Positions 1-13,830 of a stretch of 64,000 nucleotides of DNA are shown here, one piece after another. The notes below the pieces were generated by a model that saw only the letters and a list, made by a program, of their open reading frames with translations, was not told where the DNA came from and did no database searches. Location of the stretch: NCBI RefSeq assembly GCF_009914755.1, contig NC_060926.1; one strand, written 5' to 3'. Both the position numbers and the translations under genes were made by a program. Source of the stretch: the human T2T-CHM13v2.0 reference genome, Homo sapiens. Position 1 is the stretch's first letter. Each line of letters begins with the position of its first letter.

Positions 1-119
1 GACAGGCTCCTCCCAGCTGCAAAAGGTGCAAACTTCTGTGGCTCCACCCCAGTCCACCTGGCGGTCTCACTGTGGCAGTAGCTCTTCCTACTGATGGCTC
101 CGAAAAGTCGCTTGGGAAT

Positions 120-255
120 TTCTCCAGAACATCCTGCCCGGATTCCACACCCAGAGATCTCATGTGGACTTGGTCTGGGAGTGGGGCCCGGATATTAGCA
201 TTTATTTTTAAAGGCCCTGCAGTGATTCTAACCTGTGATTCTAAAAGGATGACTA
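120..255. mobile_element. MER5-like hAT-Charlie DNA transposon fragment
   Basis: ggtctgggagtggggcccgg...agcatttatttttaaaggccctgcagtgattct resembles the MER5A core. Confidence 0.5.
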
Positions 256-778
256 AGGTTCTTGGTTTGAATCAGTTGGAAGGACCATGGTGCCTGAGTT
301 TTGAATTGCCCTCCTAGTTTAAACACCGAAGCATGGGTTTATTTTGTTCTCTCAATGAATACCTGGAGAAAATAATGCTGCAGATGCTATTCTGGATGCT
401 TGGTGTATGTTACCAAAAAAAAAAAAAAAGAAAAAGAAAAAGAAAGAAAGAAAGAAAGAAAACCCCTGCCTCACCAAACTCACCTTATAGTAGGAGGATT
501 CAGACAAGAAGCAGAAAGTATGGTGCACAGAAGTATCAAGCAACATACCCTATTAAAAAGAAAAACAACAGAGTGATAGGAGTTGAGATTGCAGGAAAAG
601 TGAGAAGCAGAATTTGTTATTAAAATAAGGGGTCATATTAGCCCTCACTAAAAACACATATTTGAGAAAGATCTTGAGGGCAATAAGGAGAAGAAAAGAG
701 TGTTCCAAGGGGACAGCTAGTAGAAATACCCGAAGACTGGATTTGACAGATGTGCTTACAAAATGAAGAGCTGGCGAA

Positions 779-1103
779 GGCCAGGTGCCGTGGCTCACGC
801 CTGTAATCCCAGCACTTTGGGAGGCCGAGGTGGGTGAATCACATGAGGTCAGGAGTTTGAGACCAGCCTGGCCAACATGGTGAAACCTCATCTCTACTAA
901 AAATACAAAAATGAGCCAGGCGTGGTGGCGCGTGCCTGTAATCTCAGCTACTCAGGAGGCTGAGGCATGAGAATTGCTTTAACCTGGGAGACAGAGGTCA
1001 CAATGAGCCGACATTGCACTACTGCACTCCAGCCTGGGTGACGGAGCAAGGAGCAAGACTCTTTCTCAAAAAAAAAAAAAAAAAAGAAAAAGAAAAAAAA
1101 AAA
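779..1103 (+). mobile_element. AluS (Sx/Sz-like), full length
   Basis: ggccaggtgccgtggctcacgcctgtaatcccagc start, A-rich linker, right arm and poly(A). Confidence 0.95.
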
Positions 1104-3203
1104 GGGAAAAAACCAGAAATGGCCACTGAGGCTTGTGCAGGATGAATGAGGTAGAAGCCTGCAGGTCCAAGTTGCAAAGGTTAAGGAGGCGGCTTCCTTA
1201 AGTGCCGTGCCATTGTGAGGATCTTGGCTTTCACTTAGAGTGAAACAGGGAGCCAAGAAAGGGTTTTGAGTCACGAGTAAAGGAAAGGAAGCACAGACTG
1301 ATTTATATCTTAAAACAAACAAGCAAACAAAAAACACTTTGGCTGTTATGTTGAATCTTAAGTAGAGAGGACAAATGTGGAGGCAGGAAGATCAGCTAGT
1401 AGGTGATTGTTGTCCTTTGGGGCAAAGCGGGATGGTGGGGTGAACCATTGTTTTAGTAGCACTTAAAAAGCAGAGACGGCAATCTATCCTGAGAGATTAA
1501 CATGGGAAGACAGGGAGGAGGTAAAAATGATCCTAAATTTGTTGTTGTTGTTGTTGTTTTGTTTTTAGTCTAATCCAACCAGAAGGATTTCATTATCTTC
1601 AACAGAGAGAGAAGGTTACAAGTGAAAGGAGTGTGTTTTTTTGGGGGGAAGAGCATGAGTTCAGTTTATGTCATGTTGAGTTTAAGATGTTTATGAGACA
1701 AGTGAGATGCCAGGTACAGAGTTGTATATATTGAGGCAAGCTCAGAAAAGAAGTCTGGGCTGCAGATATAAGTGTTCAAGTTAGAAGCACAGAGATAGTG
1801 TTTAAAGGTATATGAGAGTAGATGACATCAAACGTGTGTACACAGAGAAGAGGGCCAAGGGCCCCAGAGTACCCCAGGAGTAAGAGAACAGGAAGAAGAG
1901 ACAGAATCAGCAAAGGTTATGGAGAAAATGTGGTCAATAAGTCAGAAGAAAAATTATGTGTCCTGCTCTTTCAATAGGTCAAAGAAAGTGAAGATGATGA
2001 AGAGGAGGAGGTTTGATTAAAGGTTTCAAATACAGCTAACAGGTTCAGTAAAATGAGATCTGATGGTGGATCACTGGATTTAGCTATGTGGTGATCTTTG
2101 GTTACTCAAGAAAAAAGTTATTCTGTAATTTAAAAAAATGATCTAAAAATAGTTAAGGCAGAGTAAGAGAAGGATTGGACGTTACAAATACAGGTAATGC
2201 CGGTGATTTCTGCTGCTAATGAGAACAAATAGAATGCAGGGAAAGTGAGGTCAAGAAAAAAAGTTTTGACAGAAGGAAGTATTACATGATGTTTTTAAGC
2301 CATTGAGAATAAACCATTATTTAAAAAGAAACACTGACAATGCAGGAGAAGGCGGAAAAATTGCTACAGTGATGATTTTGAATAAGCAGGAGTGGATGGG
2401 ATTTGGTGTACAATTGCAGAGTCTGGTTTTAGATAACAGCGTAGACATTCATCTGTGGTAACACACAGGAAGCCAGAATATGTTGATAGAGATGTTCGTA
2501 AGTTGATGTGATAGGAGCTTGAAGAATTTCCCTTCTACTGCTTCAGTTTTTTCAGTAAGAAAGACAGCAGGCTGAGCATAAGAAGTGGAGAGGAAGTGCT
2601 AAAAGTTTGGGGAGAAAGGAGACGGTGAGAAATCATAGTCTAGGACAGTGGGAAATTGACTGACCCAGCAATGTGTAGTGGTGCGTGTATGCATCACTGC
2701 CTGGCAGCACGAAGGCCCATGGTCATGAACCTCACCTCAGAACAGGTCACTGCAGTTGCTTGTTTTTCCCCAACATATTCAGCTACAAAAATAGAGAAAT
2801 CTGGTCAGCAAAAGTTTGGATTCAACCAGAGTTGTAGTTTTGCCACTAAAGTATGTTGAAGAGAGGAGCAAAGGAGTCAAGAGTGTTTGCAGGAGTTTCG
2901 TATAGATTAACCACAAAATGTAGGCTGGGTAGGGAGAAAAGCACAAATATCAAGAGGGTGAAGGGTAGTGACACGTTGTAAGATCAATATACAGAAAATC
3001 CCAGTGAGGGTAAAGCTTTGTTAGGCTAGTGATATAAAATGGAGATAGCTGTTAAAATAGGAAGGTTTTATTGAGTCTATGTCCATGAGAACAAATAACC
3101 AAGGTAGCACCAAGAACGAGCTCTTTCAAAAAGAGGAGTTCTGGAACTCTGAAGGTCAAGATGTTAAAAGGGTCATCTAAAAACATATTAAAAATTGTGA
3201 GGG

Positions 3204-3554
<351 letters not shown>

Positions 3555-3844
3555 CTAAAATTGTCTTAAAATATAGGGCAATAAGCCAGTCATTGGAAGA
3601 AAACAGCAACATGACAACATGAGATTAGAGCTGGGGATTTTCGGGGAGGAGAAAGAAAGAACGGCCAGAAAATGAAATGAAGGAATAGTTAGTTAGTAGG
3701 CGTTCTACCTCCCTTTAAGCTCAGTGGTAATGAGAATTGTAGGGAGAACATGACCACCTCTGGAGAGATCTGCAGGGGAGGCAGTTTTTTCAGGTGGGAG
3801 GAACAAGAGTGTGCATCACAGTCTAGATGGATGTTGGGACCTAG

Positions 3845-4410
3845 ATTAGCTTCCTGTGGCTGCCCACCCAGAGTCCACAAACTGAGTTGCTTTAAACAAT
3901 GCAAATGGCGCTTGTTTCCACAGCACAAATGCTAAAATTGGAATGACACAAAGAAGATTAGCATGGCCCCTGCACATGGATGACATGCAAATTCATGAGG
4001 CATTTCAGATTTTAAAAGAATGCAAATGTATCCTCACAGTTCTGGAGGCAGGAAGTCTGAGATCAGGGTGTTGGTAGGGCCATGTGCTCTCTGAAGGCTG
4101 TAGAGGTAGATCATTGCTCACTTCTCTCCTCACTTCTGATGGTTTCCAGCTTCTTGCTGTCCTTGACTTGAAGATGCTTCTCTCCAGTCTTTGCCTCTGT
4201 TATCACATGACATTCTTCCTGTGTCTCTTCTCCTTTTCTAATAAGGACACTAGTCATATTCAACTTATGGCCCACTCTACTTCATTACGAACTCATCTTA
4301 TCTTGATTATATCTGCAAAGATGTTGTTTCAAAATAAGGCCAATTCACAGGTACTGGGGCTAGGACTTGAACTTATCTTCTTTTGAGGAGTACAGTTCAC
4401 TCCACAACAG
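3845..4410 (-). mobile_element. MLT1 (MaLR) solo LTR split by the U6 retrocopy
   Basis: ccacaaactgagttgctttaaacaa before the U6 copy, then ctcacagttctggaggcaggaagtctgagatcagggtgttggtagggcc...tcacaggtactgggg after it. Confidence 0.8.
3908..4013 (+). pseudogene. Full-length U6 snRNA processed pseudogene (RNU6-P type)
   Basis: gcgcttgtttccacagcacaaatgctaaaattggaatgacacaaagaagattagcatggcccctgcacatggatgacatgcaaattcatgaggcatttcagatttt is colinear with U6. TSD aaa(c/g)aatgcaaatg on both sides. Confidence 0.95.
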
Positions 4411-4749
4411 GATTAGGAGTGAATTTCAAGCCCAGTAGGAACAGTCTCACAGTGAACAGAGAAAATCTTCCCAACTCTTCATTTCCTGTGTTACTGGTTT
4501 CAAGGTATCCATTTCTCCTGGTACTCTCTCATTCAACATATGAGCATCTCAGTGCCAAGAGCTGAAAGTGGCTCAGAGAAAAGAAAGTGCAAGGTGCTGC
4601 CCCCACAGACTCTGCCCAGGAGGTCTCATTCTTCTTCATGGACTTTGAGTGAGACCTGCTGCCTCTGGGACTCCCTGTCCCTGGAACCTCTCTTGTTCTT
4701 CCCTCATTGTGTATTTTCTACATTACCCACATTGTGTAACTCAACCTGT

Positions 4750-5123
4750 GTATTACTCCATTTCATACTGCTATAATAAACTGCCCAAGACTGGGCAATT
4801 TATAAAGGAAAGAGGTTTAATTGACTCACAGTTCTGCATGGCTGAGGAGGCCTCAGGAAACTTACTATCATGGCAGAAGGCAAAGGGAAAACGAGCACCT
4901 TCTTCACAAGGCAGCAGGAAGGAGAAATGCCGAGCAAAGAGGGAAGCGCCCCTTATAAAACCATCAGATCTTGTGAGAACTCACTCACTATCACAAGAAT
5001 AGCACAGGGAAACACGCTTGATGATTCAATTACCTCCACCTGGTCTCCCCCTTGACACATGGGGATTATGGGTATTACAATTCAAGATGAGAATTGAGTG
5101 GGGGCATAAATCCTAACCATATT
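4750..5123 (-). mobile_element. THE1 (C/D-like) solo LTR
   Basis: tgtattactcc...gactgggcaatttataaaggaaagaggtttaattgactcacagttc...aaccatatta. Confidence 0.9.
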
Positions 5124-5624
5124 ACCATGTAACTGACAAAGTGACCTTGTAAATGATATCTGCTTATTGGACACTTTTCTGCATACTAAGGATAAAAGAC
5201 ATTCAAAGCCCTGCCCTGGAGGAGCTTATGATCCAGTAGCACACACATAGCTTTTCTAACTTTTTCCCCTCTCCTAATTAGGTTCTCAATTCTGGAGGGC
5301 AGACCCTTTTATTATACATGAATTCTACCCATCCACCCATGTAGTGCCATAGTGAATAAATATTCAGTGATTATTTTAGAGTTATGGGCTGTGACCTGAA
5401 ATCCATGAGTGGTCTGGTATCTTGTCAATCACACTAGTCTCCACTTCAGCCAAATATATGGGGACAGAAACTTTATTTCTATATTGAATACAGATTCCTG
5501 GTTGACTGGAAAATAATAGTTTTTAATCACAACAGATAAGAAAGTGGAAGAAGTAGGTATTTTTTCTTTTCTGAAAACCTGATAGATCTATACTTCAAAA
5601 TCCTAAGGGAAAGATTATAGTTCC

Positions 5625-6460
5625 TGCACTGGTTTTCTGTGACTATTGTAAGAATTAATACAAACATGGTGGTTGAAAACAACAGAAATTTATTCTCTCA
5701 CAATTCTCTAGAAAGCAGATGACACATGTGGTAATGCAAAACATTATGTAGCTGTTGAGCTTAGGTAGAAAATTAATCACACGGATGTTGCACATGATAC
5801 TTTTAAAAGGAAGGAGGTAGATTTATGTGTATGTTATAATCGCTTTGGAACAAAAATAGCATAAATTATATGAATAAAAGTAGGAAAAAACATGGAAGGA
5901 ATATGCATCAGCAGTTAATAAAAATCATTGCATTTAAAGATTATAAGAAGATTTTCAATGCTTAGTTTTATAATTATTTGAAAAATAAAGGCTTTAGAAA
6001 GACCATTTATTATTTGTATTTTTAGAAATAAAAATTTTAAATACCATTCTAAGAAAAAATGATATAACCAGCAACATATAATGGAATAAGAAAAGCAATG
6101 AGGAAGATGATTTGTAATTGATCTGCTTTTGATGAATTTTAGGATTTGAACACTAAATAAATTAGTTCACAAAATTTACTTGTGTGAACAAACTCAGAAC
6201 AAAGAATGAGTGAACAAAATACCACAAATATGTGGTAATTTGAAAGTAAGAAACACTTATGTTCTAATTTTTAGTACTGAATACTTTATAAGGAACAAAA
6301 TAAAATGTGCTATGTAAATTAGCAGGAAAGTTGAAACATGCATATATTCGAGTAGGCCTTGGATGACAGGTATGTATCTTACACATTTATTAAGTCTAGT
6401 TCAGATGTAGGTACATGGCAAAAATGCAAAAAATATTTATTGAATAAATGAGTGAAAAGT
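5625..6460. mobile_element. Old fragments: MLT1 piece, L1ME-like 3' piece, L2 tail
   Basis: aaacaacagaaatttattctctcacaattct (MLT1) and aatatttattgaataaatgagtgaa (L2 tail). Confidence 0.45.
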
Positions 6461-7074
6461 ATAGGGGTTTTAATGGATGGAAATTCATTTTCAATAATTG
6501 TTCTTAGAAAGAGGAGTATCTCATATAACAACTAATTGATCTAGGAAAACTGTCAGCAAAATCCTGTCTGGGCCCTCATTTTTTAATAAAACACTGTAAA
6601 AATAACCTTCATCTGGGTGCCCCCACACTTCTTATTCTCAGCTCGGTATGCTGTCTCCTCCTGGGCTCCTGGGGGATTTTTAGCCACACTAGGGAGTGAT
6701 CTGGTTTTGAGAAAGCCTGGAATCTGGCTTTCACTCCAGTGTTACTAACAGTTGTTTCTGGATTGTAGTGGTAAGGAGGCTTTATAAATCAGCTTATGTT
6801 CTTTATGCTAAGGCTCAGAGAAACACATATGCCATGGAGAGTTTTAATCACAGGAGAGATCCAATTACTCATGGAGTACAAAAGAGAAACCGCATTTGGA
6901 ATTCTCTCTTTGATCATCCAGAAATGTGATTGTGAAGAAAATAGACTCAATACTCAACGAAATTTTGAATTAGTTGTATAGTCATTTTAAAATCAAAGCC
7001 CTTCTCTTCCCTTTTCTTAAAAGATTGAATTATTACTAGTACAGGTGTTTAAATCACAAGATGTTCTTGGTGCT

Positions 7075-7467
7075 TGTGGTGGTTAATACTGAGTGTCAAC
7101 TTGATTGGATTGAAGGATCCAAAGTATTGATCCTGGGTATGCCTGCAAGGGTGTTGCCAAAGGAGATTAACATTTGAGTCAGTAGTCTGGGAAAGGCAGA
7201 CCCATCCTTAATATGGGTGGACATCTTCTAATCAGCTGCCACCACAGACAGAATATAAAGCAGGCAGAAAAATGTGAAAAGACCAGACTGGCTTAGCCTC
7301 CCAGCATACATCTTTCTCCCATGCTGGATGCTTCCTGCCCTCGAACATTGGACTCCAAGTTCTTCAATTTTAGGACTCTGACTGGCTTTCCTTGCTCCTC
7401 AGTTTGCAGATGGACTATTGTGGGACCTTGTGATCATGTGAGTTAATACTTTGAACAAACTCCCATA

Positions 7468-7528
<61 letters not shown>

Positions 7529-7578
7529 GTATGTATCTCCTATTAATTCTGTCCCTCTAGAGAACTATGACTAATATA
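7075..7578 (+). mobile_element. MLT2A1-like (HERV-L) solo LTR with internal (TA)n
   Basis: tgtggtggttaatactgagtgtcaacttgattggattgaagg...gactaatata. 5-bp TSD GTGCT at 7070-7074 and 7579-7583. Confidence 0.92.
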
Positions 7579-8483
7579 GTGCTCAAAATGCCAGCCATGT
7601 ACAATTCTACTTCAGTAATCTACCTCTGTCCATCACTTAAATCTTGGTGTGTTCTTACTTTGTAACCATAGCTTCTTTGTTCTCCAATCTTTAGGTAAAA
7701 CTTTAGTGATCCTATCAACTCCTGGAACTTTAACTACCAGCTTTTTGCAAAATAACACACTCAATCTCTCCATTTCAAATTTCTCCTAACTTCCAGATTT
7801 GCTGTATCCCACATACACTGTGTCCAAAGTGAACCCATTTCCATTTCCCAATTCTTTTATTTCCCTTACTGAATAAGATGAACAAGCACCCATCTTAGAG
7901 AACGACACTATTGCCCATCCAATTCCCCCAAAAGAAACATGTAATCAGCCTAAACCTTTCTCCTTCATAATCCTCTCTTCCCATGTTTATATTAAGGAGC
8001 ATTTACAAATGTGAAATAAGAGCTCTCTTCACACCCTTTTCTGCTTTATCTACGCTGCTACTTTATTTCAGGGTCCAGCCATACATCAAGTTAGGGTACT
8101 GTTGTTGTCTCCAGTTCATTTCTTCTGCGCTCCCTGTGCATTCCAATGGAATCCCTTAAATTATTATCACATCTCCATTCTTGAGTCAGTAAATGGGTTG
8201 CCCAGCCTATCTACATACTTTCAAGTCTGGTTTCTTATCAAGATCTGGATTTCTTTGTGAGTCAGTGTCCTCCATTGTAAGAATACGTTTATGATATTAA
8301 TTTCAAATTGTGATCTCATCTGTCTGTATGAAGGATACCTGTAACCTTGTATAGACATTGATTTAATTGGTCTTGGATGGACCACAGGTACTGTAGGTTT
8401 TTCAGCTCATAAGATGATTCCAATACACTACCAGTGTTTTTAGCTCATGAAGTAAAATACAGCAATTGCTATGGGTTGGGTCC

Positions 8484-8933
8484 CGTGTTAGTCAGCATTC
8501 TCTAGAAGGCCAGAACTAATAGGATAGTTCTATACATAAAGGGGAGTTTATTAAGGAGTATTGACTCACATGAACCCAAGGTGAGGCCCCACAATAGGCT
8601 GCCTGCAAGCTGAGGAACACGGAAGCCAGTCTGAGTCCCAAAACTGCAGAACTTCGTGTCTGATGTTCGAGGGAAGAAAGCATCTAGCATGAGAGAAAGA
8701 TGTAGGCCAGAAGACTAAACCAGTCTAATCATTCCATGTTCTTCTGCCTGATTTTATTTTGGCTGCACTGGCAGCTGATTAGATGGTGTCCACTCAGATT
8801 GAAGGTGGGTCTGCCTTCTGGCCCACTGACTCAAAGGTTAATCTCCTTTGGCAACACCTTCACAGACACACCCAGGAAAAATACTTTGCATCCTTCAATT
8901 CAATCAAGTTGACACTCATTATTAACCATCACA
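8484..8933 (-). mobile_element. MLT2A1-like solo LTR
   Basis: Ends in caatcaagttgacactcattattaaccatcaca. TSD GGTCC at 8479-8483 and 8934-8938. Confidence 0.92.
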
Positions 8934-9871
8934 GGTCCTTAACTCAAATATCTATCCATATCCTTTCCTTAAACTATTTTGTCTTTTTCACCCTCAGTAT
9001 GTCTTCACTTTGGGGTGAGAGAAGTTTCATAAACTGAGCCTAGAATCCATCAGCATCAGCTGCCACCTTCTTTGGTTTCCTCAGAAGCCTCTAAGCATCT
9101 CTGTCTCTGCAATCAGTCAACCAATCAAGCTAGTAAGCAAGGAAGCCATCAGAATTGAGGTTCTGTGACCCTACACATGCCGCAACAAACACATCTCTGG
9201 TAGATGAAGAGTTCTCTTCATTTGAAGGAGGACAAGACTCTTGCTTTGATGCTTTCTCAGATGCCATTCTGAATAAATCTGAACAGATTTTTGATGATCT
9301 GTGAGAACAGCTGTCCAATGACTAAAAGGGACTCCAACCCCGAAAGCCAGAAATGAAGATGGGATCTGAAAGCACTGAGTGGTATTTTCTAGAAGAATGG
9401 CTAAGTCAGACCTTAAAACATATATTAAGAGATTTATAAAAACAATAATAATAACATAGAAAATGATAGTTTTCTGGCAGTTTAAGATCAAAACCTATTT
9501 GTAGAGTTTAATAACAACTCCTTAAGGGGCCCTTTGATGTCTTCAGAGTGCTCTCAACATCGAACTACTGAACAATATGGTCTAAAGTTATGTTTGTTTT
9601 TCACGGTCCTTGTCACTATTTGCACTCATTTGTTATTTATTTGATGTAGATTTGTATAATGTCTTTCTCATCTGGCAGATTTGCCTGCCTGGGGTCTGTT
9701 CTGTTCCTCCCTGTGTGCTCAATGCTAGAAGGAGATTCTGGTTGAATCCAGACCCTCATGTTGTGTTTAAGAAGACAAGACGGCACCACAGAACCATATT
9801 TTCCCCTACTCTTAGACAAAAGCTAGTCTTTTATAGGAAAAATGAAAACAACAACAACAACAACAAAAGCC

Positions 9872-12677
9872 TGTATTAGGCCATTCTTGCAATGCCATAA
9901 AGAAATCCTGAAACTGGGTAATTTTTAAAGAAAAGAGGTTTCGTTGGCTCACAGTTCTGCAGATTGTACAGGAAGCATAAAGGCATCTGCTTAGCTTCTG
10001 GGGAGGCTTCAGGAAACTTAAAATCATGGCGGAAGGCAAAGCAGGAACAGGCACATCACATGACAAAAGCAGGAGCAAGAGAATCAGGGGGAGGTGCAAC
10101 ATATCTGAAAAGAATTCACTCACTACAGTGAGTATAGTACCAAGGGGGATGGTACTAAATCATTCGTGAGAAACTGCCCCCATGACGTAATTACCTCTCA
10201 CCAGGCCTCACCTCCAATTTTGGCGATTACATTTCAATATGAGATTTGGGTGGGGACACTAATCCAAATTATGTCATTCTGCCCTAGGCCCCTTCCAAAT
10301 CTCATGTTCTTCTCACATTTCAAACTACAACCATGCCTTCCCAATAATTCCCAAAGTCTTAACTCATTCTAGCATTAACTTAAAAGCCTAAAGTCCAGAG
10401 TCTCATATAAGACAAGGCTAGTCCCTTCTGCTTTTGAGCCCATGAAATAAGAAATATGTTAGTTGCTTCCAAGATACAGTGGGTATATATGCATTGGGTA
10501 AGTACCCCCATTTCAACAGGGAGAAAGCCAAAAAAACAGGGGCTACAGGGTCCATGCAAGTTCAAAACCCAGCAGGGCAGACATTATATCCTGAAGCTCC
10601 AAAATAATCTCCTATGACTCCATGTCCCAAATGCAGGATACACTGGTGCAAGGGGCAGGCTCCCAAGGCCTTGAGTAATTCCACCCCTGTGGTTTTGCAG
10701 GGTTCAGCCCACAAAGCTGCTATCGCAGGCTGACACTGAGTGCATGTGACTTTTCTACGTGCAGGGTGCAAGCTGTTGGTGGATCTACTATTCTGGGGTC
10801 TGGTGGATAGTGGCCCTCTTCTCACAGTTTTACTAGGAAGTGCCCCAGTGGAGAATCTCCATGGGAGCCCCAACCCCACATTTTCCTTATGCACTGCTAT
10901 AGTAGAGAGTCTCTATGAGGGCTTCACCTCTGCAGGGGGCTATTGCCAGGACATCCAGGCTTTTCTGTAAATCTTCTGAAATCAAGACAGAGTCTCACAA
11001 GCCTTAATTCTTGCATTCTGTGCACCTGCAGGTTTAATATTACATGGAAGCCAAGGCTTAAGGCTTGTGCTCTCCAAAGCAGCAGTGATATGGTTTGACT
11101 GTGTCCACACCCAAATCTCATCTTGAATTTTAGCTGCCATAACTCCCATGTGTTGTAGAAGGAACCCAGTGGGAGATAATTGAATCATGGGGACGGTTTC
11201 CCCCATACTGTTCTCGTGGTAGTGAATAAGTCTCATGAAATCTGATGATTAGATAAGGGATTTCCCCTTCCACTTGGTTCTCATTCTTTCTTTCAGCCAC
11301 AATGTGAGATGTGCCTTTCACCTTCTGTCATGAATGTGAGGCCTCCCCAGCCACATAAAACTATGAGTCCATTAAACCTCTTTTTCTTTATGAATTACCC
11401 AGTCTCAGGTATGTCTTTATCAGCAGCATGAAAATGGATTAATACAAGTAGCCTGGGCTATACCTGGGCCCCTTCAATCCACAGCTGGAGCTGAAACAAC
11501 TGGATACAGGGAAAAGTGTCCTGAGGCTGCACAGGGCACTGGGCCCTGGGCCTGACCCATGAAACTATTTAGTCCTCATAAGCCTCCGGGCCTGTGATGG
11601 AAGGGGCTGACATAAAGGATTCTGAATACTTCCCAGGCCTTGTCTTCATTGCCTTTGCTATTAGCACTTGGCTCCTTTTTACTTATGCAAATTTCTGCAG
11701 GCTGCTTGAATTCCTCCCCTTAAAATGGGCTTTCCAGGCTACAAAGTTTTCAAACTTGTACTCTCTGTTTCCCTTTTAAATATAAGTTCCAGCTTAAAGT
11801 CATTTATTTGCTCTCATATCTGAATACAACTTGCTAAGAGTGGCCAGGTCACTTCTTGTACATTTTTCTGCTTTTAAATTTCTTCCACTATATACCGTAA
11901 ATCATCACTTTTGAGTTAAAAGTTTCACAGATTCCTAGAGCAGGGGCATAATGCAGCCATGTTCTTTGCTAAGGCATAACAAAATGATCTTTTCTCCAGT
12001 TCCCAGTAAGTTTCTCATTTCCATCTGAGACCTCATCAGCTTAACCCTTACTGTCTATACCACTATCAGCATTTTGGTCACAACAATTTAACCAATCTCT
12101 AGGAAGTTCCAAACTTTCCCTCAACTTCCTGTCTTCTTCTGAGCCTCCCAGACTCCTCCAACCTCTGCCAGTTACCAATTCCAATGCTGTTTTCACATTT
12201 TCAGGTATCTTTATAACAATGATCCACTCCTTGGTACCAATTTTCGGTATTAAGCAGTTCTGGCATTGCTATAAAGGAATACTTGAGACTGGGTAATTTA
12301 TAAAGAAAAGAGGTTTCATAGGTTAATGGTTCTGCAGGCTGTACAGGAAGCATAGCAACATCTACAACACCTTCTGGGGAGGCCTCAGAAAATTTACAAT
12401 CATAACAGAAGGCAAAGAGGAAGCAGGCTCATCACTTGGTAAAAGCAGGAGCAAGTAAACAAGGGAGGAGATGCTACACACTTTCAAAAGACCAGATGTT
12501 AACAAGAACTTGCTATTGCACAGACAGTACAAAGATGACAGTGCTGAACCATGTATGACAAATTGTTCCTATAATCTAATCACCTCCCACCAGACACTCC
12601 CCCTTCCACCAAAACTGGGGATTACAATAGAACATGAGATTTGGGCAGGGGCACATATCCATATCCAAACTATATCA
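9872..12677 (-). mobile_element. Two-LTR MSTA-type MaLR element (LTRs 9872-10276 and ~12246-12677 plus internal region)
   Basis: Two homologous LTRs (tgtattaggccattcttgc... and ggtattaagcagttctggcattgc...) flank MaLR internal sequence (cattctagcattaacttaaaagcctaaagtcc, ccactccttggtaccaatttt). Confidence 0.9.
11086..11446 (+). mobile_element. THE1 (B/C-like) solo LTR nested in the MSTA internal region
   Basis: tgatatggtttgactgtgtcc...cagcagcatgaaaatggattaataca. TSD AGCAG/AGTAG with one mismatch. Confidence 0.92.
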
Positions 12678-13536
12678 GAATCCCTGGGTCTTCTGCCTCA
12701 AAGCATGGTGTTTAAATTTTACTTTCTACATGTTTCCATATAATAGAAGATACATGTGCTCTTTCTGGAAGCCATTCAGTTTGAATTCATGCTTTCAAAA
12801 TTTATGTTTTGCTGACAAGAGCCACAACTTTAAAGGGAAGCATATTCCTAAAATCCATTCAAATGGGAGCAGATTCCAAAAGCCCATTCTCTGGTTCTTC
12901 TGAATTGTGAGCTTTATCTATTATACAGTGGTTATTGTCACTTGTAGCAAAACTGATGGTGCCTCAGGCCACAAGATTGTGTGTATGTTTGCAAGGCCAC
13001 ACACTCCAACATCCCTGATATTTACTCTGGACAACACAGCTGCTTGCATTGCTGAGTTGCACTTATTCAATATTCAAGGACTGTTCCTTCCAAGAATAAG
13101 TAATTCTTATCTAAAACTGAAAGAAGCAAATATTTATTTAAAAATTATTTACAGAACAAAATAATTCAGATCCTGATAAGAAGGTCCAGAATGAAACTGT
13201 ATAGATGACATCTTTTACAACAAGTTTCCCATTTTGTATCTTTATGCTCCATCTCAGATTGACGTAGTTTATCCTGAGTGAACCCATCTAAAACCCTGAA
13301 TGATGGAATGGACAAGATGTGAACATTTGAGTGTCTAATTTCATTTCATTGACTAATTCAGGAATTCCTACATGTTGAACATTAGCAACTGAAAACTCTC
13401 AGATGAAGAGTGTAGAGTTGGTGTCACCAACAGAACTAAGCTCCCAAGTATTTCTGTGTGATGACAGTGGTTAAAAGCAACTAGATTGTTAAAATAAAAA
13501 TTATTCAATGAAAACATAACATAAATGTTCCAACTT

Positions 13537-13830
<294 letters not shown>

